NCBI GenBank assembly: GCA_965199715.1
Contig: OZ241322.1
Coordinates: 320,001-384,000, forward strand
DNA length: 64,000 nt
Reading direction: 5' to 3'
Source of the DNA: Vicinamibacteria bacterium
GTDB lineage: Bacteria; Acidobacteriota; Vicinamibacteria; Marinacidobacterales; Marinacidobacteraceae
Shown here: positions 46,443 through 56,600 of the stretch, piece by piece
How positions within the stretch are numbered: the first letter of the stretch is position 1
Layout: every line of letters starts with the position of its first letter
Notes under the pieces: generated by a model
Databases searched by the model: none
What the model was told of the DNA's origin: nothing
What the model saw: only the letters and a program-made list of their open reading frames with translations
Translations under genes and position numbers: made by a program

Positions 46443-46907
46443 TCATTTCTCGACCGCGCCAAAGCGCTTCCGCAGCATCGCCCGCCGGTGCGAGAAGCTC
46501 GCCACGATGTCCCGCTTGGCGAGTCCCTCGAGCGACGCGCTCAGCGCCGTGCGGTACTCGACCTGCTCGGCCAACCGCACCGTCTCCCGGCCCTTGGCGT
46601 CCTGCTTCGGCTGGAAGCGCATCTCGTGCACCCATTTCCGGTAAGGCCCGCGCACCTGCTCCACGATGATCCGCCGAGGCGGCTCCCAGACCGCGACTCG
46701 GCTCAGCCAGCGCAGCGGGATGGTCCGGAACATCTTGAATCGAAACTCGAACTTCGCGCCGGCCCCCATCTCGATCGGCATCTTGGTCAGTAACTTCAGG
46801 CTGATCCACGCGGGGCTCAGGATGTCGAGGCTGCGCGGGTCGCCCACGAATTGGAACACCCGCTCCTGCGGGCTGGCGAGGTGTACGGCGCTCCGGTACG
46901 TCGCCAT
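46443..46907 (-). CDS. SRPBCC/START-domain protein (paralog 3)
   Basis: VHLASP.ERVF.F..P..L..LSP, WEPP, EQVRGPYRKWVH. Confidence 0.85.
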   Translation of the reverse strand: MATYRSAVHLASPQERVFQFVGDPRSLDILSPAWISLKLLTKMPIEMGAGAKFEFRFKMFRTIPLRWLSRVAVWEPPRRIIVEQVRGPYRKWVHEMRFQPKQDAKGRETVRLAEQVEYRTALSASLEGLAKRDIVASFSHRRAMLRKRFGAVEK

Positions 46908-47074
46908 GGGCACCGTCCCAGGCCTTCAGACCAAGCAGTCGGCGCACTCCGGCGCCGTTGCTCGGGTCCCGGCGTCGGCAAGAACGCCCGACGACTCCGG
47001 GCGGGGGTTTACGATACGAAAAACGTCCACTTCATCATAAGGATACCAAATCGGCTCGTCGCTCCCGGACGGCC

Positions 47075-47541
47075 TCAGCCGGACGCCGAACCGAACCGCT
47101 CGACGAGTTTCGCCTCCCGAAACGCGAAGACTTGCCGAATGTGCCGTGCGATCAGCTTGCGCTCCACCCATGGTCCGCCGAACCGCGCTCCGAACTCGAG
47201 CCGGTAGTCGAGCACGACGGTTTCCGATCCGTCCGCGCCCCGCTTGGGAGTGAATCGCATCTCGTGGCTCCACGCCCCGAAAGGCCCCTGGACCAATTCC
47301 TCGACCATGCGGTGCGGCTCCCACACGGTGACCTCCGTGTCCAGCTTCGCCGGAATCGTCTTCAGAAGCAGCACCCGGTAGTGGACTGCGGCGCCCACTT
47401 CCCGCTCGAGCGGGGTCGGGCTGATCAACTGGAACCCGGTGCGCGGCGGCATCGGCGACGCAAGCTCGCTCCCCTCGGCGAACAGCTTGAAGACGGGCGC
47501 GACGGGGCTGGCCAGATGGACGGACTGCTGTGCGTTCTCAT
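47075..47541 (-). pseudogene. SRPBCC paralog 2 with an apparent 1-bp deletion near the 5' end
   Basis: ATG AGA ACG CAC AGC AG- TCC GTC CAT CTG GCC: restoring one base gives MRTHS(x)SVHLASP, colinear with the paralogs MATYRSAVHLASP and MGTFRGSVRLASP. Confidence 0.65.
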
Positions 47542-47563
47542 GAACCGATCATCCGCCCGGCGT

Positions 47564-48031
47564 TCAGGACGGAGTGATCGGCCCGAAGCGCTCGACGAGC
47601 GCCCGCGTGCGGAAGGCGAAGATCCGCTCGACGTCCCGGGTCACGAACAACCGCTCCAGGAGGCGGCCCCCCGGCGCCCGGTACTGCACGTGGTCGCTCG
47701 CGACGATGACCTCCCCTCCCCCGGCGTCCCGTTCCGGCTGGAAGCGGTGCTCGTGGATCCAGGTTCGGTACGGCCCCCGCACCTGTTCGTCCACGAAGCG
47801 ATGCGGCGGCTCCCACGCCGTGATCCGGCTTCGCCAGCGGATCGGCAGGCCGCGGATGCGCAGCCGATAGTCGATGAGGGCGCCGACCTCCATCTCGATC
47901 GGGGCCGGGGTGAGCACCTCGAACCGCAGCCACGGCGGAGTCAGTTCCTCGAGGTTCCGGGCCTCGCTGAAGAACGCGAACACGGACTCCAGCGGGCTCG
48001 CCAGACGGACGGAACCCCTGAACGTGCCCAT
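47564..48031 (-). CDS. SRPBCC/START-domain protein (paralog 1)
   Basis: VFAFFS.ARNLEELTPPWL, WEPPHRFVDEQVRGPYRTWIHEH. Confidence 0.9.
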   Translation of the reverse strand: MGTFRGSVRLASPLESVFAFFSEARNLEELTPPWLRFEVLTPAPIEMEVGALIDYRLRIRGLPIRWRSRITAWEPPHRFVDEQVRGPYRTWIHEHRFQPERDAGGGEVIVASDHVQYRAPGGRLLERLFVTRDVERIFAFRTRALVERFGPITPS

Positions 48032-48128
48032 CGTTCCACGATGGTAGCATTCGTCCGATTCGCGCTATCCGACGGCGGAAACGGGTCGCGTCAGGTCCCC
48101 TTTCCCTCCCGCAGGCAGGAGTTTTTTC

Positions 48129-48548
48129 ATGGCAGAAGCGCACATTCCGGGCATCGACTTCCAGCCCGACGGCGCTCCGGAGCAGCGCGAACGTACCCGG
48201 CAGAACGGCCCGACTTCGTCCTACACGATGATCGAGCCGCGGCTGAAAGTCATTTACGGGCGCTTCTACAAGGAAAGCTACTTCTCGCCCGAGTCCACCA
48301 TCGATCCCCTGAACAAGGAGCTCATCGCGATCGCCTGCTCGCTGCTCGCCAAGTGCGAGGGCTGCCTCGACGGGCACATCCAGAAGGCGCTCGAGGCTGG
48401 GGCCTCCAAGCAGCAGATCAGCGAGACCATCGCCATCGCGATCGGGATCAACGCCGCCGCCGTCGTGGATCAGACCGACCGCGCCGCCGCCCGGCTCGGC
48501 CTGAACCACTTCCCGGTCCACCGCAAGGCCCCCAAGCCGATTTCCTGA
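48129..48548 (+). CDS. Carboxymuconolactone decarboxylase/AhpD-like protein
   Basis: KELIAIA..KCEGCLDGH..A...GAS..I.E; AGGAG RBS. Confidence 0.85.
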   Translation: MAEAHIPGIDFQPDGAPEQRERTRQNGPTSSYTMIEPRLKVIYGRFYKESYFSPESTIDPLNKELIAIACSLLAKCEGCLDGHIQKALEAGASKQQISETIAIAIGINAAAVVDQTDRAAARLGLNHFPVHRKAPKPIS

Positions 48549-48567
48549 CCGGCCCCGGGGCCACGGC

Positions 48568-51063
48568 TCAGCGCGGCGACCCGATCGGGGATCCCGGCGG
48601 CAGCGACGGACGGCGCGCGTGCGGGTCGAGGCTCTCGGTCCGGTTCAGGAACCGGTGGATGTCGCCGACCGCGAGCTGCTCGTGCGGCGTCCGGGCGATC
48701 GAGCCGAGCGTGGCGCCGAGCTCGCGCAGCCGATCCTCGAGGATCGCCCGCACCCGCGCCGGATTGTCCGGGTTCGTGGCTTCGCGCATCATCGCGTCGA
48801 TGACGCTGCGCTCCGCCGCGTCCTGAACCGCCCGGAGGTACGTGGAGTCGGGTTCGGCCCCGCCCCACGTCGCCTCCACCAGCCGGTCGAGCACCTCCGA
48901 GAGGCCGGGCTGCGCCGGGTCGCGGGCGTGGTTGTTCACGAGCCGCGCCATGCGTTCCGGATGGAGCAGCAGGAGCACCGTGTAGTCGGCGCTCGTGTCC
49001 GCGGCCGCGAGCGGGTCGAAGACGAGCCCGGTGTGGCCGTCGAAGGCTTCGCCCCCGCGCTCGCGGTAGGCGGGCGGCGGGATCAGGTCCACGATCCGCT
49101 CCGGCAGGGCGAGGAAGTCGGTCTCGAGCGTGCGGAGCACGACGTCGAGCGCCGCGCGCTGGCGGTCCCCCGGAATGGGCATGACCGGCAGTTGGCCGTC
49201 GCCCCGGACCGCGTAGTAGTACTCCTGCCCGCCGATCGTGTTCATCGCCGCCTTCATCTGGAAGCGATGGTGCAAGTAGAGCGGCACGAGGATCGGCTCC
49301 AGCGCGGACATGGGGTCGCCCACGCGGATCGCGTTCTCGGAGAAGGCGTCGAGGCCTGCCGCCCGGATGTCGATCTCGCGCTCGAGGTGGCGCACCAGAT
49401 CGCCGCCGTTGTCCCAGACCGACGCCAGCGGGTGCGCCCCGGCGCCGATGTAGTTGTCGGTGTGCGCCATGAAGCGGGTCTCCGACGAGAGGCCTTCGCG
49501 CATGATCGCTTCGAGCCGCGTCGCGGTCTCGTCGGGCGGGAAGTGCCCGTAGGCCCAGCGGACCGACAGGACGTCGTACGAGCCGACACCCACTCCGTAG
49601 GCGTCGTCGAGCGAGATCTCGCCGTCCTCGAGCACCGCGAGCGGCGCCGGGTAATCCATGACGCTGGCGCGGTTCCCGTAGGTGGAGGACATGTAGTTGT
49701 GCGGGAAGCCGAGGGTGTGGCCGACCTCGTGCGCCGAGAGTTGCCGCACTCGGGCGAGCGCCATATCCACCGGCGAGGCCCCCGCCGCCTGCGCCAGGTA
49801 CGCGAATCCCGGCGCCGCCGAGAGGCCGCACGAATCCGGGCTTCCCGGGTCGGGCGGCAGCCCCATCGCGTCCGCGCCGTGGGGCGACGTCAGGCCGACC
49901 CCGATGAGATGGTCCTGGCGCAGCCGCAGGCTGCCGAGGTTCACGTTCCCCTTGATGATCTCGCCGGTGCGGGGGTCCTGTACCGAGCCGCCGTAGGACC
50001 AGCCCCGGGTGCGCCGGTGGGTCCAGTGGATCATGTTGTAGCGGATGTCCTGCGGGTCGGCCCCCTCGGGGAGCACCTCGACTCGGTATGCGTCGATGAA
50101 CCCGGCGGCCTCGAAAGCGTCGCTCCACCAACGGGCCCCGTCCAGCAGGGCACCGCGGATCGGCTCCGGCACGCCGCGGTCGAGGTAGTACACGATGGGC
50201 TCGACGACCTCCGAGCGCTCCGCCGACGGATCCACCTTCTCGAGCCGGTGCCGCGCCGTCAGCCGGACCGTCAGGGGCTGGTCGATCGGCGTGGCGTAGT
50301 CCATGTACTCGGGGCCGTTAACGCCGATGCGCGGGTCGGCCACGCGCAGCTCGAAACCCGGTTCGGGCAGCCGGACGAGCGAGTGGTGGTGCCGCAGCGT
50401 GACCGCGTCCCCGCTGGCGGCGACCCCGCGGACGAGCGGACCGGGCTGGTCGCTCGTGAAGGTGAGCATCGTCTCGACTTCGCTGTTGTCGGGGAACCCC
50501 CGGGTGTTCTCCAGATAGAACACGCTGCGGGAGCGGTCCAACTGGAAGGTTCCCTGCCCGGCCCGCCGGATCCGCGCCGCCGAGCCGTGGGCGTCGCGGA
50601 GGAAGAAGTCGGTCGTGTCCACGAGCACGCGCCCGCCGGTCTCGGCGGCCACCTCGAATCCCCAGTGCACCGACGGCGCGAAGGCGTCGCGCACGGCGCG
50701 GACCTCGTCGGGGTTGTCGCTGATCGCCCGGAACCGGTAGTTCGGCTCCATGAGCAGCAGCCGCGGCCCGACCCGGATCGGCTTCAGCACGGCGCGCCGG
50801 CTGAGCTGGCCCCGGTCCAGTCCGACGGGGTTGCTCCCGAGACCGGACGCGGCGGAGACCGAGTAGAGGAACTCCTCCTCCATCGAGGCGAACTCGGCGT
50901 ACATGCGGCCGGTCCGCTCGTCCCAGTACAGCGGCACGAACCCGTCGATGGGGGTCATTCCGGCGACCTTGTCCTCGATCGTCGGCGGCGCTTCCTGCGC
51001 GAGCGCCGGCGCGGCCAGCGCCGCCGCGAGCACGGCGAGCAGGAGGAAACGGCGATGGGTCAT
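48568..51063 (-). CDS. Secreted zinc-dependent metalloprotease (metzincin, DUF5117/DUF4953-type)
   Basis: AHEVGHTLGFPHN zinc motif, SVMDY Met-turn, DPRTGEII, signal peptide. Confidence 0.9.
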   Translation of the reverse strand: MTHRRFLLLAVLAAALAAPALAQEAPPTIEDKVAGMTPIDGFVPLYWDERTGRMYAEFASMEEEFLYSVSAASGLGSNPVGLDRGQLSRRAVLKPIRVGPRLLLMEPNYRFRAISDNPDEVRAVRDAFAPSVHWGFEVAAETGGRVLVDTTDFFLRDAHGSAARIRRAGQGTFQLDRSRSVFYLENTRGFPDNSEVETMLTFTSDQPGPLVRGVAASGDAVTLRHHHSLVRLPEPGFELRVADPRIGVNGPEYMDYATPIDQPLTVRLTARHRLEKVDPSAERSEVVEPIVYYLDRGVPEPIRGALLDGARWWSDAFEAAGFIDAYRVEVLPEGADPQDIRYNMIHWTHRRTRGWSYGGSVQDPRTGEIIKGNVNLGSLRLRQDHLIGVGLTSPHGADAMGLPPDPGSPDSCGLSAAPGFAYLAQAAGASPVDMALARVRQLSAHEVGHTLGFPHNYMSSTYGNRASVMDYPAPLAVLEDGEISLDDAYGVGVGSYDVLSVRWAYGHFPPDETATRLEAIMREGLSSETRFMAHTDNYIGAGAHPLASVWDNGGDLVRHLEREIDIRAAGLDAFSENAIRVGDPMSALEPILVPLYLHHRFQMKAAMNTIGGQEYYYAVRGDGQLPVMPIPGDRQRAALDVVLRTLETDFLALPERIVDLIPPPAYRERGGEAFDGHTGLVFDPLAAADTSADYTVLLLLHPERMARLVNNHARDPAQPGLSEVLDRLVEATWGGAEPDSTYLRAVQDAAERSVIDAMMREATNPDNPARVRAILEDRLRELGATLGSIARTPHEQLAVGDIHRFLNRTESLDPHARRPSLPPGSPIGSPR

Positions 51064-51121
51064 GGCGGGCGCCTCCAAGAGGGAAGGAAGGGACGCGTAG
51101 TGTGACAGCCCGCCGGCGGGA

Positions 51122-52054
51122 TCAGCGCGAGCCGCGGAGGAAGCGCAGGAACTCGCTGTCGCTTCCGATCACGATCGTGACTTCCTCGTCGAGCGCGGTG
51201 CGGTACGTCTCCAGCGACTTCATGAAGCTGTAGAACTCGGGATCCCGGCTGTAGGCGCCGGCGTAGATCGCCGCCGCCTCGGCGTCGGCCCGCCCGCGGA
51301 TCTCCTCTGCCTGGCGGAACGCCTCCGACTCGACGGACTTGAGCTCCCGCTCGCGCTGGCCGCGCACCTCGGCGGCCCTTCCCTGCCCCTCGGACCGGCT
51401 GCGCTCGGCGATCCGCAGACGCTCGGAGATCATCCGGTCGTACACGCTGGCTCGGACCTCCTCGACGTAATTGACGCGCTTGATGCGCACGTCCACGAGC
51501 TCGATCCCGAACGAGGGCGTGACCTGCGAGGCCTTTTCGAGGATGCTGCGGGTGATCGCGTTCCGCCCGTGCTCGATCTCGCCGGCGGTCTCCTCGGTGG
51601 CGAACGAGATCAGATCCTCGGTGAGCTCGAACTCGCGGTTGCTGATCCGGACGATCTCGAGCAGGTCGAAGCTCGCCACGGCGTTGCGCGTCTCGCCGTC
51701 GATGATGTCGTCGAGACGGCTCTGGGCGCCGCGCTCGTCGCGCACCGACTGGAAGAAGAGCAGCGGGTCGGAGATGCGCCAGCGGGCGTACGTGTCCACC
51801 CAGATGAACTTCTTGTCGCGGGTGGTGATCTGGTTCGCGTCGCCGTCCCACGGGAGCCAGCGCTTGTCGAACCGGGTGACCCGATGCACGAACGGCAGCT
51901 TGAAGTGCAGGCCCGGGTCGGACACCGATTCGCCGACCGGATCGCCGAAGAGCGTGATGATGGCCTGCTCGGTCTCGCGCAGCGTGTAGGTGCTCGAAAC
52001 CGCGATCACGAGCGCGGCGAACGTCCCGCCCAGCTTGTACGCCGCGCCCTTCAT
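51122..52054 (-). CDS. hflC: FtsH modulator HflC
   Basis: PGLHFKLPF, RMISER, DPEFY.F.KSLE.Y. Confidence 0.95.
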   Translation of the reverse strand: MKGAAYKLGGTFAALVIAVSSTYTLRETEQAIITLFGDPVGESVSDPGLHFKLPFVHRVTRFDKRWLPWDGDANQITTRDKKFIWVDTYARWRISDPLLFFQSVRDERGAQSRLDDIIDGETRNAVASFDLLEIVRISNREFELTEDLISFATEETAGEIEHGRNAITRSILEKASQVTPSFGIELVDVRIKRVNYVEEVRASVYDRMISERLRIAERSRSEGQGRAAEVRGQRERELKSVESEAFRQAEEIRGRADAEAAAIYAGAYSRDPEFYSFMKSLETYRTALDEEVTIVIGSDSEFLRFLRGSR

Positions 52055-53112
52055 CGCCGCTCCTCCGGTCCGCCCGGAGCCCGCGCCGGCGCGTTGCCCG
52101 AGAGGTTCAGCAGGGGAAGCAGGTTCCCCGCGTCCTCGTCGAGGATCACCTTCTGGCCCATGCGCGGGAGCACTTCGGAGAGCGTCTCGAGATACATCCG
52201 CGCCCGGGTGACCCGGGGCGCGTTGCGGTACTCCTCATGGACCGCTGCGAACCGCGCCGCCTCGCCGCGCGCCCGGTTCACCCGCTCGGTGGCGTAGCCC
52301 TCGGCCTCCTCGAGCACCCGCTGGGCGTCGCCCCGGGCGCGGGGGATCGCCTGGTTGTACTCGGCGAGGGCCTCGTTGGTGAGGCGCTCCTTCTCCTGGA
52401 TCGCCTCGTTCACCTGGTTGAACGAGGGCTTCACCGTGTCGGGCGGGTTCACGTCCTGGAGCACGAGCTGCTGGACGCTGATGCCGGTGTCGTAGCGGTC
52501 GTTGATCTCCTGGAGCAGATCCTTGGCCTGCGCCGCGATGCGCTCGCGCCCGACGGTGAGCACCTCGTCCACGCTGTGGTCTCCGACGACGTCGCGCATG
52601 GCCGCTTCGCTCATGTCGCGGAACGTGCTCCGGATTTCGCGCACGTTGAAGAGGTACGCCCGCGGATCCTGCACCTTGAACTGGACGATCCACTCCACCA
52701 CGGCGACGTTCAGGTCGCCGGTGAGCATGAGCGACTCCTCGAGGAACTGGCGCTCGTCGTAGGTCGTGCGCACGCCGGCCTCGAGGGTCCGGAACCCGAA
52801 CTCCTCCTTGAGCTGGCGCTCCACCGGCACCTTGGTGACGTCCTCGACGAACGGCACGATGAAGTGCAGGCCGGGGGCGGTCACCCGCGCGTACCGGCCG
52901 AACCGAGTCACGACGCCCGCCTCGTCCGGATCCACCTGATAGACCGACAGGGCGAACGCGACGACGGCGAGGAGGCCGGCGACGATCATCCCCAACTGAC
53001 GCCGGGGAAGCCCCTGGAACCGGTTCAGGATCTCGTCCACCGGAAGGCGCTCGCGGGCGTTCGTGAATTCGGAGAAACCGCCGAAGCCGCCCCCGTTGTC
53101 CTGTTGGCGCAT
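52051..53112 (-). CDS. hflK: FtsH modulator HflK
   Basis: MLTGDLN, DVNPP, IPRARG, VTRARMYLET. Confidence 0.95.
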   Translation of the reverse strand: MRQQDNGGGFGGFSEFTNARERLPVDEILNRFQGLPRRQLGMIVAGLLAVVAFALSVYQVDPDEAGVVTRFGRYARVTAPGLHFIVPFVEDVTKVPVERQLKEEFGFRTLEAGVRTTYDERQFLEESLMLTGDLNVAVVEWIVQFKVQDPRAYLFNVREIRSTFRDMSEAAMRDVVGDHSVDEVLTVGRERIAAQAKDLLQEINDRYDTGISVQQLVLQDVNPPDTVKPSFNQVNEAIQEKERLTNEALAEYNQAIPRARGDAQRVLEEAEGYATERVNRARGEAARFAAVHEEYRNAPRVTRARMYLETLSEVLPRMGQKVILDEDAGNLLPLLNLSGNAPARAPGGPEERR

Positions 53113-53154
53113 GCCTGGACTCTCCCCGCGAAATCGCTGGGCTATGTTATCTCG

Positions 53155-53598
53155 GTGCCGCCCGCCCGCCTCGCTCCCTTACTGCTCCTCGCCCTTGGAT
53201 GCGGCGGCGCGCCCGACGCGGAGCGAGAGGCGATCGAGTCCGAGATCCGGGCGGTGCTGGACCGGCAGGCCGAGGCCTGGAACGCCTTCGACCTCGAGAG
53301 CTTCGTCGCCGACTACCTGGATTCGCCGCGGACCCGCTTCGTGAGCGGAGGAACCGTCCTGCGCGGCACCGGCGACCTCCTCGAACGCTACCGGACGAAC
53401 TACCCGGATCCGGCGGCGATGGGGCGGCTCGAGTTCCGGGACCTCGAAATCCAGCCGGTGTCGAGCGACGCCGCGCTGGTCTTCGGGCGCTACCGCCTCG
53501 AACGCGAGACCGACGCACCGACCGGCCTCTTCACGCTGCTGCTGGAGCGCGGCGCCGACGGCTGGAAGATCAGCCACGACCACACGAGCGCCGAGTAG
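53155..53598 (+). CDS. NTF2-like (DUF4440) lipoprotein
   Basis: Lipobox ALGC; AWNAFDLESF, GLFTLL, GWKISHDHTS. Confidence 0.8.
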   Translation: MPPARLAPLLLLALGCGGAPDAEREAIESEIRAVLDRQAEAWNAFDLESFVADYLDSPRTRFVSGGTVLRGTGDLLERYRTNYPDPAAMGRLEFRDLEIQPVSSDAALVFGRYRLERETDAPTGLFTLLLERGADGWKISHDHTSAE

Positions 53599-53604
53599 CG
53601 GCGC

Positions 53605-56600
53605 TCAGCGGCGGGGGGATTCCGGCTCGGCGCGGCCGAGCGCCCGGAAGTACTCCTCCACCATCTCCTCGTAACCCTCGGGCGCCCGCTCGGCGCCGGT
53701 CGCGACCACGTCGGTCTGGCCGCCGCGCAGCGCCCGCCGCAGGTCGAACTCGAACTCCCGCAGCGCGTCCAGCACGTCCGACTCGAGGGCCGCGACCGCC
53801 CTGGGATCGCCGATGAGGTCGTCCGGCGAGAGGCCGCGCATGGAGTCGATCGCGCCGTCCAGCCGCTCCGGCCCGAGCGGACCGCCCGCGCCGCCCACGT
53901 TCCCGAGCGCCCCCCGCAGCCCATCGGCCTCGGCGATGCGCCGGTCCATCTCCCGGTCGAGCTGGCGAGCCTCGTCGGATCCGCCGCCCGCTCCCTCGCC
54001 CCGCTCCGCCAGCCGGTTCCGCAACGACTCGAGGCCGCGCACCAGCGATCCGGCCCGGTCGAGCACGTCCTCCCTCGCGGCGCGCTCGGACCCCCGGACC
54101 GTCTCCCCGGCGCGCTCCAGATCCTGCTCCAGCGCCTCGAGGTCGGACGCGATCATCGCCTCGAACTGGTCGGCGTAGTCGGGGCTCCGCTCGGCGATGA
54201 CGCCGCGCGAGTAGTGGATCTTCTCCTTCAGCTTGCGGTCGCGGATGCCCCGGGCCGCGGCGCCCACGGCGCGCGAGGCCTCCGGTTCGTCCCGGCTCCA
54301 CTCGCGGCTCACCTCGTCGAGATCGCCCTCGACTCCCTGCACCCGTTCGGCCAGATCCGCCTTCTGCTCCTGCAGCGCGCGGACCGCGTCCCGATCCGGC
54401 CGATCCCCGAGCCCAGCGACCTCATCGCGAATCCGGTTCTGGGTGGAGCGAAGCCGGCCGACTTCGTTCGCGAGCCGTTCCACGTCCCGGTCGAGCCGCT
54501 CGCGGCGCTGGCTGTCCAGCTCCCGCCGGGCCCCGCGCAGCCCCTCCGCCGCCGAAAGCCCCGAAGCGACCCCGTCGGCTCCGCCGTTCGCCCCGCGCAT
54601 CTGCTGGGCGGCCTCGCGGAGGCGCCGCGAGACGGCGGCGAGGTCGGGCCGGGAGCGCTCCCGCGCGAGGCGCTCCAGCCTCCGCGCGATCTCGTCGGTC
54701 TCCTCGGCGATCTGACGCTGGCCGCCGCCGTCGCCGGGCCCCTGCGGCAGCCCACGCCGCGCGTTCTCCTGCTCCTGCCGCCGCGCCAGCTCGGCGAGGC
54801 GCTCCATGACCTCGTCCACCTCGTCGGCGGCGGAGCCCTGCTGGCGCTGCTCCACGGTCTCGTACTGGTTGCGCAGCTTGTCCATCTCCAGCTCGAACAG
54901 CCGGGCCAGATCCTCGGACTGCGGCGTCGGGGCCCCTCCCCCGCCTCCGCCGCCGCCCCCGAAGCTGACCTCGCGCTCTGAGAAGGTCGCGTCGGCGCGC
55001 TGCAGGTGGGCCAGCGCCTTCTGCTCCGAGGGAAGCGCGCCGTCGGGGTCGCCCGCGACGAGAAGCTCCTCGGCGGCGGCCATCTCGACGAGCGCCGCCT
55101 CGAGCTCCTCGACGATGCCCCCGAACTCGGGAACCTGCGCGATCCCGCGGTTGCGGAGCCGCCGGGCGAGCGTGCTCACTTGCTCCCGGAGCCGTCCCTG
55201 GGCGAGCCCGACCGTCGCCACGGTCTCCGAAAAGACCGTCCCCGGCAGGTCGGGCCGCTCCTGGATCACCTTGAAGGTCGCGACCACGACCTGCTTCTGG
55301 CGCAGTGTGAGCGTCCCGTCGAGCGCGTCGCCGGCTCCGCCCGCTCCGCCGCCCCCCGGAGCCGAGTCGGCCTGCCGCCAAGTCCGGTCGAGCCGACGGA
55401 TGGCGACGAAGTAGAGGTCGGTCGAAGCGGTCGTCCCGGCGCCGTCCTCGGCGACCGCGTAGTAGGAAAGGAGATCCCCGGGGACGAGCTCGTGCTCCTC
55501 GAGGAAGAGCGTGTGCCCGGTCTGGATCTCGGACCGGAGGCCGGAGCCGAGCAGCACTTCGGTCCGCTCCTCGCCGCCGTTCACCGCCCAGCGCAGCTCG
55601 AGGCGCCGCAGCGCGTAGTCGTCCTCGGCGAAGACCTCGGTGAAGACCTCCTCCACCGCGCTCGCCTCCACGTCCCTCCCCGGCTGGACGAAGCGGGCGA
55701 TCGGGGGCAGGTCCTCCAGCAACTCGATCGCGTAGTCGCGGGACGCGGTCCGCACCCGTCCCCGCGGATCCGCGAGCGCGATCCGGTAGGAGCCGGATCG
55801 CTCCGGCGCGAGCACCGCCGTGAGGCCACCGTCGGGACCCGGCTCGAGCGGGATCTCGACGATCTCGCGCGCCCGCTCCGGACCGGTCTCCATGCGGATC
55901 GCGCCGGCCTCGACCGCGACCGACGTATGCGCCAGCACCTCGATCCGGGTGCCGGTCACGGCGGCGACGTCCCCGCCGTCCTCGACGACCCGGGGCTCGA
56001 GTCCGGTGTGCGCCGGATAGCGGTAGGTCAGGTCGAGCCGGGCGACCTGGGGCACGTCCTCCACGTCGATCCGGTAGCGGGAGGAGCGGACGCCCTCGGC
56101 CTCGACGAAGTAGTGGGTCGTCTCCGGAATTCCGAGGAGGAGATGGCGGAAGGAGCCGGTCTCGGGGTCGAACCCCATCGCCTCGCTCCGGCGGCCGCCG
56201 CCGTCCGAGTCGGTGACGATCTCGACCCGGTCCGCCGTGAAACCCTCGAGGTGCGCGTCGATCCAGCGGTCGCTCCCGGTGGCGACCACCAGGTCGCCCG
56301 GATCGACGTGGATCCGGTACGGGTTCGCGGCGGAGACGTCCCGCCACGGCGTCAGCAGCAGCGACACGCCACCCTGGAGCACCGGGGGCGCGATCACGGC
56401 GACGCCGGCGATCGCGACCAGCACCGTGGCGAAGGCCGCGCCGGTGCGGCGCAGGCCGCCGGTCTCGACCGACTTCCCGACGTTCCCCTCCTCGCAGCGG
56501 CGGATGGCCTCCTCCACGACCAGCCGCGCCAGTTCCGGCGACACGCCGGCCAGCCCGCGCTCGCCTGCCTCCATCTCGGAGCCGAGCTCCACGCCGCTCA

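Noticed and set aside
47029-47046. ACTTCATCATAA-GGATAC resembling the XerC arm of dif (possible second dif or integration scar)
   Set aside because: It needs an indel to align, and no TTATG XerD arm follows. A promoter region is the more likely explanation.
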